Numbered from the stretch's first letter, positions 40,978 to 51,583 are shown. The stretch: DNA of 64,000 bases from an uncultured Actinomycetes bacterium (GCA_963771725.1 CAVYUO010000005.1:164929-228928), one strand, 5' to 3'. The notes: generated by a model not told the origin, from the letters alone. Numbers and translations: made by a program.

Positions 40978-41847
40978 TTAGCGGTTGACCGTCTTGGTGA
41001 CGCTGAAGCCCGGGATGTAGCCGGGCGCCTTGTTGACCCACATGCGCGCCTGCGTGCTGCCACGCGGGAAGTTGCCGCGGAAGCGGGCCTCACCGCGCTG
41101 GTTCAGCCGGACGCGCTTGGTCGTTGATCCAGGAGCCCGAGTTCGTGCGGCGCTGAAGCAGCACGAACCGTCCTCGGTACGACCGCTGCGCAGCGACCTT
41201 GACGTAGAACCGATTCGCCTCGTGGCTGAGGACGCGGAAGATGACGAGCGGCCGGACGTTGACGAACGGCGCCCGCGTGCTCTCGCCGCCCTGCCAGGAC
41301 GCCTTGTACTCGGTCCGGATGGGCGGTCGGTCGCCCAGCGAGAACGTGCCGTCGGCATCGGTTGTCACAACGCGGGTCGACTGCTGGCCGCCATACCGCG
41401 TGATATTGATCGTCACTTGCTGCCCGGGGCGGGCATCGCCGATGCTGCCGATGACCTGTACCGGGTTGCGGTAGACGACGAACAGCCGGCTGAGGGCGAT
41501 CGCTATCCCGCTGCCGCGGACGTGCACGACGCCACTTTTTCCGAGCTGTCCGTCCCGTCGCGGTAGGAGTACGCGGACGGGATGCTAAAGCGGTGCGAGT
41601 ACGTCTTACCGCCTTCGAGCAAGGGCGACGATGGAAACGCGCCGGTGTCGGAGACGACGCGGTGCGGCTTGGTATCGGCGTTTCTCCATGTGACCGTGTC
41701 GCCGGGTCGAACGATGACACTGCTCGGCTGGAAGCCGGTCGCGAGGATCGCCACGTTCACGGTCGCAGTCGGTTCGGACTGCGAGACTGCAGGCGCGGCG
41801 CCGGCGATCGCCAGCGTGCCTGCGAGTAGGACCAGTAACTTTTTCAT
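40978..41847 (-). CDS. Secreted cupredoxin-like domain protein with a C-terminal beta-sandwich extension. Two frame breaks (T5 run 41536-41540, and about 41128).
   Basis: MKKLLVLLAGTLAIAGAAPAVS, then FQPSSVIVRPGDTVTWRNADTKPHRVVSD...GKTYSHRF (cupredoxin-like). It continues as GKSGVVHVRGSG...VTINITRYGGQQ...DADGTFSL in ORF 41090..41527, and as TTKRVRLNQRGEARF...VTKTVNR in ORF 40978..41358. Confidence 0.65.
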
Positions 41848-41871
41848 GCGCTTGGAACCCCCTAGATTTTT

Positions 41872-41888
41872 AGATCGGGACACGATCT
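41872..41888. promoter_or_regulatory. Perfect 6-bp inverted repeat AGATCG-N5-CGATCT in the cupredoxin/MarR divergent intergenic region (candidate operator)
   Basis: Read directly. It sits next to the direct repeat TAGAT-TTT-TAGAT (41863-41875), the most AT-rich spot in the window. Confidence 0.3.
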
Positions 41889-41922
41889 TCTTTACCCGTC
41901 CGACGCAGCGTCGATCGCAAAG

Positions 41923-42415
41923 TTGCCGTTGCTTACACAACCCATACGGCTGCGCGTAGGCTTTGCTCAGGTTCGCCCAGATTTTGTCTCTCGCTTTACG
42001 ATTCGGCGATGGCTGAGCCGACAGCGCCGAGCAGCGGAGGTGCTACGCGCGGCTGAGTTCCGCGCCGCGCTCCGCCGGTTCAACCGGCAGTCAGACCGCA
42101 TCGCCCGCGCGTCGGGCCTGACCCCGCGCCGCTACCTCATCCTGCTCCTGATCAAGGGTGCCGCCGACCGCAGCGAGCGCTCGACCGTGACCGAGCTCGC
42201 CGCGCGCATGAGCCTGGCGCAGAGCACGGTTACCGAGCTCGTCGGGCGCGCCGAGAAGGCGGGTCTCGTGCAGCGCGAGAGGCTCGCCCGATGACGGACG
42301 CGTGGCCAAGCTCGCGATCACGAAGGAAGGTGAGCGCCGGTTGACAGAGGCGTTCCGAAGCCTGGCCGCCGAGCGCCGGGCGCTGCGGGAGGCCATCGGC
42401 CGCCTCACGGACTAG
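41923..42415 (+). CDS. MarR-family transcriptional regulator. One frame break near 42284-42290. Start uncertain.
   Basis: LTPRRYLILLLIKGA...STVTELAARMSLAQSTVTELVGRAEKAGLVQRER, then a TGA. The wing and C-terminal helix continue in the next frame: PDDGRVAKLAITKEGERRLTEAFRSLAAERRALREAIGRLTD, with the stop at 42413-42415. Confidence 0.7.
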
Positions 42416-42429
42416 GGCGGTGCCGGCGC

Positions 42430-42807
42430 CTACGTCGCCGATCGCTCGATCAGTTCAATCCTGTACTGGTCCGGGTCGCGGACGAAGCACAGCCGCGAGC
42501 CGCCCTCGCGCACCTGGTAGGGCGGCTTCTCGGGCTCGATGCCCTTGTCGGCCAGCCGCTGGAGAGTCCCGTCGAGGTCGTCGACCGTGACGGCAATGTG
42601 GCCGTAGCCCGTGCCGAGCTCGTACGAGTCGACGCCGTGGTTGTACGTCAGCTCGAGCCGGTCGTCGTCGCCGGGTAGGCCCATGAAGACGTTGGTCGCC
42701 TCGTCGCGGATCGGCATGCGGCCCCGCTCCTCGAAGCCGAGCGCCTCGTAGAACGCGACCGAACGGTCGATGTCGGTAATCCGGTAGCAGGTGTGGATCA
42801 GCTCCAT
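42430..42807 (-). CDS. gloA: Glyoxalase I (lactoylglutathione lyase)
   Basis: MELIHTCYRITDIDRSVAFYEALGFEE...LELTYNHG...GYGHIAVTVDD...LCFVRDPDQYRIELIE, 125 aa. Confidence 0.85.
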   Translation of the reverse strand: MELIHTCYRITDIDRSVAFYEALGFEERGRMPIRDEATNVFMGLPGDDDRLELTYNHGVDSYELGTGYGHIAVTVDDLDGTLQRLADKGIEPEKPPYQVREGGSRLCFVRDPDQYRIELIERSAT

Positions 42808-42811
42808 GGGC

Positions 42812-43357
42812 TCACGCCTCTCGGTCGAAGTGAATGGATGAAACCAGGCGACGCGCGTCACGTTCGCCTGAGCCGTTCGAATCTTGCAGGCAGCTGATGA
42901 CCAGGTAGTGGTTGGCTCTGTCGCTCTCGATCTGCGTGAGCATGGTGTAGTCACCGCCGACCGCACTGCAGACCCCGGGTCGTCGAATCTGGACCCGGGC
43001 TCGCCGACCGCCGATAGTCGTTCGCACCCCTCGCATTTCTCCGAAGTCGTCGGTTGAACGCGACACAGTTATGAGCGCGCCCGAACGGCTCAGCCGAGCG
43101 AGCGGCCAGTCACAACTCACCGTCTCGAACGAAAGACGGCACGGGTCCTCGAGCCGGTCGGTACTCGCATATGCGAGGACCTCGGACCTCGCGGAACGTG
43201 CCGCTGGCGCCAGGACATGCCAACTTGCCGGGTGCTCGAACGAGAGGCCCCCGGTGCGATACGTCTGGAGGGGCTCCGCCGAGTCGCGACCCACGATCCA
43301 GGCAGCCACGAGCAACGCGAGCCCTGCGCACGCGGCCAGGAGCGACCACTTCATCAT
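42812..43357 (-). CDS. Hypothetical exported/membrane-anchored protein
   Basis: MMKWSLLAACAGLALLVAAWIV, then a globular part. The ATG overlaps the GNAT TGA (ATGA). Confidence 0.5.
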   Translation of the reverse strand: MMKWSLLAACAGLALLVAAWIVGRDSAEPLQTYRTGGLSFEHPASWHVLAPAARSARSEVLAYASTDRLEDPCRLSFETVSCDWPLARLSRSGALITVSRSTDDFGEMRGVRTTIGGRRARVQIRRPGVCSAVGGDYTMLTQIESDRANHYLVISCLQDSNGSGERDARRLVSSIHFDREA

Positions 43358-43893
43358 TCGAGATCCTCGCGCAACAGCCCGAACATGACGCCGTCGACCC
43401 ATTCGCCGTGGCGCCAGTACGCCTTGCGCTTGACGCCCTCGCGCACGAAGCCGGCCCGCTCGGCGTGCTTGATCGCCCGCTCGTTGAACCCGTAGACCTC
43501 GAGCTGCAGCCGGTGATACTCCAGGTCGACGAGCAGGTAGCGCTGGAGAACGCGTGCCGCCTCGTCGGAGAGGTGGCGGCCGCGGAAGTCCGGGTGCACT
43601 GCCAGTCCGCCGAGATGTGCGATGCGGCTGCGGCGGTTCGCGACGTCATAACCCAGCACCCCGGCACGCTGCCACTCGCCGCTCTGGTCGACCTCGATCA
43701 CGAACCGACCCGTTTCCTTCGGCTCCGCCAGCGACTGCTCTATTTCGGACTGAACGTCCTCGCGCGTGTGCGCGCGGACGACCGCGAGGTAGGGCTCGAC
43801 GTCTTCGTGCGAGGCCAGCTCTGCGTAGAACTCCGCGTCGTCAGGCGTCGCCCGCCGCAGCCGGAAGCCGTCGCCCGGGACGATCTCACTCAC
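43354..43893 (-). CDS. GNAT-family N-acetyltransferase (RimJ/RimL-like)
   Basis: ...LRRATPDDAEFY...IAHLGGLAVHPDFRGRHLSDEAARVLQRYLL...HRLQLEVYGFNERAIKHAERAGFVREGVKR. The GTG overlaps the EamA stop. Confidence 0.8.
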   Translation of the reverse strand: MSEIVPGDGFRLRRATPDDAEFYAELASHEDVEPYLAVVRAHTREDVQSEIEQSLAEPKETGRFVIEVDQSGEWQRAGVLGYDVANRRSRIAHLGGLAVHPDFRGRHLSDEAARVLQRYLLVDLEYHRLQLEVYGFNERAIKHAERAGFVREGVKRKAYWRHGEWVDGVMFGLLREDLE

Positions 43894-44795
43894 GGTGAGG
43901 CCGGCACCGCCGCGGCCTGCCGCCGCCGCAGCGATACGCCGGAGCCGAGCGCCGTCCCGATGAGGATCAGCACGAGACCTGCGACCGCCTGGACGGTGAT
44001 CGGCTCGTCGAGCAACAGCGCGCCGTAGAAGAGCGCGGTCACGGGCAACAGATAGACGACGAGCGCCGCGCGGGCCGAGCCGTAGCTGAAGATCAGCCGG
44101 AAGAAGAGCAGCTGTCCGATCACGGTGCCCAGGAAGGCAAGCGCCGCCACCGAGCCGACGACTTTCCAGCTCGGAAAGTGGCTCGGAGCCTGAGCGAGGC
44201 CGATCGGCAGGAGCAGGATCGCGCCCCACATGATCGAGGCCGCAGCGAGCACGAGGTTCTCGGTCTCGACGAGCAGGGTCTGCGTGTACATCGTCCCGAT
44301 GGCATACGCAAAGGAGGCGACGACCACTGCCATCGTCCCCGCGAATCCCCACCAGCCGCCTTCGGGCCGCACGCCGGCGAGGATGGCCACGCCGGCGATG
44401 CCGAGCAGGATCCCGAACAGGCGCAAGCCCGTGGACTTCTCGGCCGGCCGGAAATGGATGGCGAGGGCTGCGACGAAGATCGGCACCGTCGCGTTCGCAA
44501 TCGCTGCGACTCCTGAGTCGACCTTCGTCTCGCCCCAGGCGATGAGCGTGAACGGCACTGCGGTGTTGACGGCGCCGAGGATGATCGCCGGCTTCGCGAT
44601 CTTCCGCATCTCGCTCCAGGCCTTGTCCCACCCATGGCGCGCGACGAGCAAGCCGATGAGCGGGATCGCGGACAGGGCGAGCCGGAAGCCCATCGTCGTC
44701 GTCGGCTCGAGCTCGTCGACCGCGACCTTGATGAACATGAAGGAGGAGCCCCAGAGCGCTGCGAGGACGAGCAACAGTGGGACGTAGCCGCGCAC
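43890..44795 (-). CDS. EamA/DMT-family transporter
   Basis: Ten predicted TM helices. LWGSSFMFIKV and a duplicated EamA-domain pattern. 301 aa. Confidence 0.85.
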   Translation of the reverse strand: MRGYVPLLLVLAALWGSSFMFIKVAVDELEPTTTMGFRLALSAIPLIGLLVARHGWDKAWSEMRKIAKPAIILGAVNTAVPFTLIAWGETKVDSGVAAIANATVPIFVAALAIHFRPAEKSTGLRLFGILLGIAGVAILAGVRPEGGWWGFAGTMAVVVASFAYAIGTMYTQTLLVETENLVLAAASIMWGAILLLPIGLAQAPSHFPSWKVVGSVAALAFLGTVIGQLLFFRLIFSYGSARAALVVYLLPVTALFYGALLLDEPITVQAVAGLVLILIGTALGSGVSLRRRQAAAVPASP

Positions 44796-44823
44796 CTTCA
44801 GAGGCTACCGATGCCGACGAGGT

Positions 44824-46187
44824 CTACCGCACGGCGAAGAGGCGCCACTCGTCGGGCACGCCTTTGAGCGCATGCAGGCCCCGGTCCTCGAACTCGAGGC
44901 CGGAGCCGACCGCCAGGTCCTTGACCGTGCTCGAGACGAGTACCTCGCCCGGCGCCGCTTCCGCCAGGACGCGCGAGCCGATGTGCACCGCGATCCCGGC
45001 GGGGCCCTCCTTCGGTCTTCGACCTCGCCCGTGTGCACACCGGCCCGCACCTCGATGCCGAGAGGCTCCACTGCCTCGCGGATCACGTCTGCACACTGCA
45101 CGGCTCGTGCCGGCCCGTCGAAGGTGGCGAAGAAGCCGTCACCCGCGGTGTCGATCTCGACACCCCGGTAGCGCTCGAGCTCGCGCCGGACGATCACACG
45201 GTGCGACTCGAGCAGTTCACTCCAGCCTCTGTCGCCGAGCTCGGCGGCGCGGTCAGTCGAGCCGACAATGTCAAGGAAGACCATCGTCGCGAGCACGCGC
45301 CCGGATTCCGGCGGCCCGGCCGTCCCGGTGACGAACTCCTCGATCTCTCGGAGCACGGCTTCCGAATCGCCGAGGAAGGAGAAGTGGTCGACGCCCGGCA
45401 GCTCGACGTACTTGGCCCCGGGGATGTGCTCGGCGAGATACCGCCCGTGCTCGACGCGGTTCCAATGGGTCTCGCCTCGATGAAGGATGAGCGTTGGCGC
45501 CCGAATGCTCTGCAGCACGTCGCGAACGTCGATTTCGGCCAGCATCTTTCGCATCGAGAGGACCGTTCCGGGGCTTGCGCCGACACGCTGGTACCGCGCC
45601 CACCACTGCCGGAACTCCTCATCGCCGACACGGCTCGGGGCGACCAGATCGAGAAATACGCCACGGCCCCACCCGGAGCGCATCACGTCGAGGACCTCCT
45701 CCTCGAGCTCGGGCCCCCTTCCCCACGGGTAATCCGGCGCCCGGGCGATGCGCGCGAAGCTGTTGATGAGGATCAGCCCGGACACTCGGTCCGGATGCGT
45801 TGCCGCGAACAGCATGCTCATCGTCCCGCCTCCGCCGATGCCGTACAGGACGGCGCTCTCCGACCGCACCTCGTCCATGACGGCACGGATGTCGTCCATC
45901 CACAGGTCGAGGGAGGTCACCTCGGTCAGGGAGACGGGGTCCGAGACGCCGCTACCCCGCTGATCGAAGCAGATCAGGCGCCCGAACGAAGCAAGCCGTT
46001 CGAGGAATGCGGCGAGGTCGGGCTGATCCCACTGCACCTCGATCGAGTGCCAGAACTCGGCGGCGAGCACGATGTCGACGGGCCCGTCACCGACGACCTG
46101 GTAGGCGATGTGAATGTCACCCGTCTTCGCGTAGCGAGTCTCGACTGCCACGGCGGGAGGGTCCCTTGCCGAGACGGTGCCCGTCAA
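44824..46187 (-). CDS. Alpha/beta-hydrolase-fold domain fused to a class III adenylate/guanylate cyclase domain. One frame break near 45017-45020.
   Basis: The hydrolase fold has GIGGGG where GxSxG is expected. Cyclase: [22 protein letters not shown]...[19 protein letters not shown]...[10 protein letters not shown]. It then continues as ...[28 protein letters not shown]...[13 protein letters not shown] in ORF 44824..45096. Start is TTG 46187 or GTG about 46151. Confidence 0.85.
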
Positions 46188-46192
46188 GGGGT

Positions 46193-48302
46193 GTGGCTAG
46201 ACTCGAGTACCTGACGCCGGTCGCGGAACAGCCGCTTCACCGTGCCCTCGGGCTGACCGACGGCGAGTTCGACCGTATCCAGGAGCTCCTGGGCCGGGAG
46301 CCGAACCATTTCGAGCTCGCAGTGTTCTCGCTGCTCTGGTCGGAGCACTGCGCGTACAAGCACTCGGCGCCGCTGCTGGGCCGCTTTCCCACGGAAGGCG
46401 CGCGCGTGCTGCAGGGGCCCGGCGAGAACGCGGGCGTGGTCGACCTCGGCGACGGCGAGGCGGTCGCGTTCAAGGTCGAGAGCCACAACCACCCGAGCGC
46501 GGTCGAGCCGTTTCAGGGCGCTGCGACCGGGGTCGGCGGCATCCTCCGCGACATCGTCGCCATGGGCGCGCGGCCGATCGCGCTGCTCGACGGGCTGCGC
46601 TTCGGTGAGCCCGGTCACCAATTCGAACGGGCGGTGGCCGGAATCGGCATGTACGGAAACTCGGTCGGCGTCCCCACGGTCGGCGGCGAAACCGTCTTCG
46701 ACGAGGCCTACCGCGACAACTGCCTCGTCAACGCTATGTGCGTCGGGCTCCTCCCGGCCGACCGCGTCAAGTCGGCGCGCGCGCAAGGGACGGGGAACGT
46801 CGTCGTCCTCTACGGCGCCGCGACGGGCCGCGACGGGATCGGCGGCGCGAGCGTGCTCGCCAGCCAGGAGCTCGGCGAGGACGACGCCGAGAAGCGGCCT
46901 TCGGTCCAGATCGGCGACCCGTTCAACGGCAAGAAGCTGATCGAGGTCTCGGCCGAGCTCGTCGAGCGCGACCTGGTCGTCTCGTTGCAGGACTGCGGCG
47001 CAGCCGGGCTCGCCTCTTCTCTGTCGGAGATGGCAAGAGGAGGCCAGGGAATCGACGTCCACCTCGACCGCGTCCCGCTCCGCGAGGACGACATGGAGGC
47101 GTGGGAGATCATGATCTCCGAGAGCCAGGAGCGGATGGTCGCCGTCGTCCGGCCGGAGCAGCTGGCCGCGGTCGCAGGAGGTGTGCGCCCGCTGGGAGCT
47201 GCCGTCTACGGCCGTGGGCGAGGTGACCGACACCGGCGAGCTGCGCGCGCTGTTCGACGGCGAGGTCGTCGGCGCGATCCCCGCGGAGCTGCTCACGGAC
47301 GAGGCGCCGCGCTACGAAGTGCCGAGGCAGCCGCGGCAGCCGGCCGCCCCCGCCCCGCGACCCGAAGGGCCGGACACGAAGCAGGCGCTGCTCGATCTCC
47401 TCGCCTCGCCGAACATCCGCAGCCGCTCCTGGATCTACACGCGCTACGACCAGCTCGTCGGCTCGCGCACCGTCAAGCGGCCCGGCCTCGACGCCGCCGT
47501 CCTGCGACTCCTGCCCTCGTTTCGCGGTCTGGCCGTCTCGCTCGACGGCACGGGCCGCATGGCGCGTCTCGACCCGCACACGGGTGGCGCCCTGGCCGTG
47601 CTCGAAGCGGCGCGCAACGTCGCGTGCGCCGGCGGCGAGCCGCTGGCCGTGACCGACTGCCTCAACTTCGGGAATCCCGAGAAGCCGGAGATCGCCTGGG
47701 AGCTCGCAGAGGCGATCGAAGGCATGTCGGCCGCCTGCGAGGCGCTCGGCATCCCGGTCGTCTCCGGCAACGTATCGCTCTACAACGAGACGGACGGACG
47801 CGCCATCCACCCCACACCGGTCGTCGGCTGTGTCGGACTCGTCCCCGACGTTCGTCGACTTCCGGCGACCTGGAGCGAAGGCGACGCGATCCTGCTGGTC
47901 GGCGAGCCGGAGCTCTCCTTCGACGGCTCGGAGTACCAGTCGCTCTACGCCGAGCCCGCCGGGCGGCCGGCGTCGCTCGACCTCGCTGCGGAGGCGGCGC
48001 TCGTGCGCGCGCTGTACGAGTCGGCGCCCCTCTGCACGCTCGCGCACGACGTGGCGGAGGGGGGCCTCGCCGTCTGCCTGGCAGAGGCGGCGATCGCGAG
48101 CGGGATCGGCGCCGAGCTCGACCTGCCCGACGACCCGCTCGTCCTCTTCGGTGAAGGAGGCGGCCAGGCGGTCGTCGCCTGCCCAGCGGACGCAATTTCC
48201 GACCTGGGCATGCCCGCAAGGGTCATCGGGTCCGCCACCGGCGCTACTCTCCTAGGAGTCCCGTTCGACGACCTGCGGCAGTCCTATGAGGTGATCTTCT
48301 AA
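46193..48302 (+). CDS. purL: FGAM synthase II (large subunit). One frame break near 47177.
   Basis: ...[20 protein letters not shown]..., [34 protein letters not shown], up to EQLAAVA in ORF 46007..48154. It continues as [17 protein letters not shown]... to the end in ORF 47181..48302. Confidence 0.9.
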
Positions 48303-49691
48303 GTGTGCGGCGTCTTCGGCATTCGTGCACCAGACCGTGACGTAGCGCGCGTCACGTACTTCGGCCTGTTCGCGCTGCAGCATCGCGGGCAGGAGTCGGC
48401 GGGAATCGCCGTCTCCGACGAGGGTCGTCTCACTGTGTTGCGAGACATGGGCCTCGTCGCCCAGGTGTTCACCGAACAGAAGTTGAGCGGCCTGCAGGGG
48501 GACACGGCGATCGGCCACACGCGCTACTCGACCACGGGCTCGACGGACTGGACGAACGCGCAGCCGATCGTGCAGCACGGGCGCGCGCGCACGGTCACGC
48601 TCGGGCACAACGGCAACCTCACGAATGCTGCGACGCTTCGCGACGAGCTGGCCGCGGACGGGATCCGCCTGAGGACGAGCTCTGACACCGAGGTGATCGC
48701 CGCACTGCTCGCGAACGACCCCGCTCCGCTCGAAGACGCTATCGCCAACACGATGAGCCGTTTGGAGGGTGCGTACACCGTCGTCGTGCTCGCCGATGGG
48801 ACGCTGGTCGGCTTCCGTGACCCGTACGGCTTCCGCCCGCTGTCGCTGGGGGTCATCGGCGGCGACTACGTGCTCGCGTCGGAAACGTGCGCGCTCGACC
48901 TCGTCGGCGCCGAGCTGGAGCGCGAGCTTGCGCCCGGCGAGCTGGTTGCGATCGACGAGGGTGGGCTGCGCTCGCGCCAGGCACTGCCGCTGGCGAACGG
49001 CGGCGCGCTCTGCCTCTTCGAGTTCATCTATCTCGCCCGGCCCGACACGACTCTCGGCGGAATCGAGGTGCACGCGGTTCGCGTCCGCATGGGTGAGCGC
49101 CTCGCCGCTGAGGCACCGGTCGAGGCCGATCTCGTCATGCCCGTGCCCGATTCGGGCACCCCCGCTGCGATCGGGTTCGCCCGCGCGACCGGGATCCCGT
49201 TCTCCGAGGGGCTGATCAAGAACCGCTACGTGGGCCGGACGTTCATCCAGCCCGACCAGGGTCTGCGCGAGCAGGGCATCAAGCTCAAGTTCAACCCGCT
49301 GGCCGAGGTGGCGGGAAAGCGGATGGTGGTCGTGGACGACTCGATCGTTCGCGGCTCCACGATGCGCAAGATCGTCGCCATGCTCTTCGAGGCCGGCGCG
49401 CAGGAGGTGCACGTTCGCGTCTCCTCCCCGCCGATCGTGTCGCCCTGCTTCTACGGGATCGACTTCGCCGACGAGGAGCAGCTCGTGGCCTCTGACCGGT
49501 CAGTCGAGGCCGTGCGCGAGCACATCGGAGCGACCAGCCTCGCCTACCTCTCGCTCGAAGGCGCTCAGGAGGCGACGACCCGGCCGGAGTCGGAGTTCTG
49601 CAACGCGTGCTTCACCCGCCGCTACCCGACGAACGTGCCCGACGAGCTCCGGCTCGCCAAGTTCCGCTTCGAGCCGTCCACCGCCCGGTGA
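48303..49691 (+). CDS. purF: Amidophosphoribosyltransferase
   Basis: MCGVFGI N-terminal nucleophile, the PRPP motif VVVDDSIVRGST, and C-terminal Cys residues. Confidence 0.95.
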   Translation: MCGVFGIRAPDRDVARVTYFGLFALQHRGQESAGIAVSDEGRLTVLRDMGLVAQVFTEQKLSGLQGDTAIGHTRYSTTGSTDWTNAQPIVQHGRARTVTLGHNGNLTNAATLRDELAADGIRLRTSSDTEVIAALLANDPAPLEDAIANTMSRLEGAYTVVVLADGTLVGFRDPYGFRPLSLGVIGGDYVLASETCALDLVGAELERELAPGELVAIDEGGLRSRQALPLANGGALCLFEFIYLARPDTTLGGIEVHAVRVRMGERLAAEAPVEADLVMPVPDSGTPAAIGFARATGIPFSEGLIKNRYVGRTFIQPDQGLREQGIKLKFNPLAEVAGKRMVVVDDSIVRGSTMRKIVAMLFEAGAQEVHVRVSSPPIVSPCFYGIDFADEEQLVASDRSVEAVREHIGATSLAYLSLEGAQEATTRPESEFCNACFTRRYPTNVPDELRLAKFRFEPSTAR

Positions 49692-49693
49692 CA

Positions 49694-49713
49694 GCGCGCG
49701 GTCTCTCGCGCGC
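49694..49713 (+). terminator. GC hairpin immediately after the purF stop
   Basis: GCGCGCG-GTCTCT-CGCGCGC (7-bp stem). No U-tract. Confidence 0.35.
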
Positions 49714-49742
49714 GAAAAGCAAGCCAGGATAGGACGCAGGGA

Positions 49743-49767
49743 GCACCCGTACCGGACGTACGGGTGC
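49743..49767 (+). other. Perfect 10-bp hairpin in the purF downstream intergenic region
   Basis: GCACCCGTAC-CGGAC-GTACGGGTGC. Confidence 0.35.
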
Positions 49768-49881
49768 GACCGAGGACGACGCCTGGCGCCGCCTTTGCAG
49801 CCGCGAGAGGCCACGCTGGTGTCGCCGGGCGGTGGACTAGCCGCGCGTAGCGAAAACCTTCTAAGATCGCGGCACCGCCGC

Positions 49882-51375
49882 ATGTCGCGCTTCCGATATC
49901 TCTTCGTTGCCGCCTGCCTGGCGCTTCTGGCCTTGCCTGGAACCGCCGCTGCGAATCACAACCAAGACCAGCACAGCCTGAACATGGACCTGCTGTGGAG
50001 CCTGCCGGAAGGGCCGACGCGAACGCATTCAGACATTGCCATCTGGGGCAACATCGGTGTCGCCGGGAACTACGACGGCTTCCGCATCTTCGACGTCGCG
50101 ACCGGCGCCCTGAAGGTCAACTTCCCGTGCCGTGGGCCACAGAACGATGTGTCGCTCTGGGAGCACAACGGCCGCCTCCTCCTCTTCCAGTCGGTCGACA
50201 CGCCGCAGACGAACGGCCGGCTGTACTGCAGCCCGGTCCGCACGAGCGACACGACCGCGTGCGGTCCCACCTGCTTCGAAGGGATCCGCATCTTCGACAT
50301 CACGCCGGCGACGGAGCCCCAGCCCGTGAGCCACCCCTACTACATCAAGGGCGTGTACACGGACTGCGGGTCACACACGCATACGCTCGTCCCCGATCTC
50401 GACGACAACCGCGTGCTGCTCTATATCTCGTCGGCTCCCGGCAGCTCGGGCCCGAATTGCCAGGCCCCGCACAACAAGATTTCGATCGTCGAGGTGCCGC
50501 TGGACGCGCCTGAGAACGCGAGTGTGATCGCACAGCCCGTGATCGAGGGTCAGCCGTACGGCTCGGTTCGCGGCTGCCACGACATCACCGTCTTTCCGGC
50601 GATCAACAAGGCCGCCGGAGCCTGCCAGAGCGAGGGCCAGATCTGGGACATCACAAACCCAGCGGCTCCGGTCACGACGGGTCCAACGGTGAGGCACATC
50701 GACGATCCGACCCTGAACTACTGGCACTCGTCCTCGTTCACCTGGGACGGCCAATACGTGGTGTTCAACGACGAGAGCTTCACGGGTCGCTGCTCAGGTC
50801 CAAGCAGCGACGGCAAGATCCGGATCTACCGGGTGAGCGATGGGGCGCTCATGAGCTCGTACATGATCCCGCGGCCGCAGGGGAGTGTCTACTGCTCGGT
50901 GCACAACGGGAACATCATCCCCGTGTCCGATCGCTATCTCCTCGTCGCAGCGTGGTACGGCGGTGGAACGAGCGTCATCGACTTCACGAACCCCAGTGCC
51001 CCTGTCGAGATCGGCTATTACGACGCGGTCGAGGGGCGCGGGCCCGCGGACACCTGGTCCTCGTACTGGTACAACGGCAAGATCTACGCCAACGACATCG
51101 TGCGCGGGGTCGACGCCTTCCAGTTCAGTCCGGTCCCGGCAGGCGTCATCTGGAACCACCTGAACGCCCAGACGCAGATGGGCAGCACACTCCCGCCGCC
51201 TCCGATCGGCTCGCTTACACCCGTCGCTCGGCTGATCGCGCCGCCGTTCATCAACGCGCAGCCGGGCCCTGGCGGGTTCAGGCCCGCCAGGGCCTTTTGG
51301 TCACGCGCTACAGCTACTGCTCGAGCACGCGGCTCGCTTTTGCGAGCCCGCGCGAGATCAAGTAAGCGGCGGTAA
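49882..51375 (+). CDS. Secreted beta-propeller-like hypothetical protein (LVIVD-repeat-like)
   Basis: Signal MSRFRYLFVAACLALLALPGTAAA. Recurring hydrophobic-strand/Gly-Asp patterns (GFRIFDV, GIRIFDI, GQIWDIT, TSVIDFT, GVDAFQF). The family assignment is tentative. Confidence 0.55.
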   Translation: MSRFRYLFVAACLALLALPGTAAANHNQDQHSLNMDLLWSLPEGPTRTHSDIAIWGNIGVAGNYDGFRIFDVATGALKVNFPCRGPQNDVSLWEHNGRLLLFQSVDTPQTNGRLYCSPVRTSDTTACGPTCFEGIRIFDITPATEPQPVSHPYYIKGVYTDCGSHTHTLVPDLDDNRVLLYISSAPGSSGPNCQAPHNKISIVEVPLDAPENASVIAQPVIEGQPYGSVRGCHDITVFPAINKAAGACQSEGQIWDITNPAAPVTTGPTVRHIDDPTLNYWHSSSFTWDGQYVVFNDESFTGRCSGPSSDGKIRIYRVSDGALMSSYMIPRPQGSVYCSVHNGNIIPVSDRYLLVAAWYGGGTSVIDFTNPSAPVEIGYYDAVEGRGPADTWSSYWYNGKIYANDIVRGVDAFQFSPVPAGVIWNHLNAQTQMGSTLPPPPIGSLTPVARLIAPPFINAQPGPGGFRPARAFWSRATATARARGSLLRARARSSKRR

Positions 51376-51565
51376 TCCACGTGGTTGCGTGGACGAAGTC
51401 CCCGCCACTTACGTGGTCGTCGAACTTGGCCACCAGCGCGAGCACGATCAACGCGATCAGGTAGACCAGGAATTCGGCGTTGCCGGGGATCGGCAGGCGG
51501 GCAACGTCGAACGACGCCCCCGGCGAGTACCCGTAAGTCGGTCGGGGCCCTTCAGGCTGACTCAT
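51314..51565 (-). CDS. Hypothetical small membrane protein (83 aa)
   Basis: Two hydrophobic helices, FLVYLIALIVLALVA and TTWITAAYLISRGLA. Confidence 0.4.
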   Translation of the reverse strand: MSQPEGPRPTYGYSPGASFDVARLPIPGNAEFLVYLIALIVLALVAKFDDHVSGGDFVHATTWITAAYLISRGLAKASRVLEQ

Positions 51566-51583
51566 CCAGTTGACTCCTTTCGG

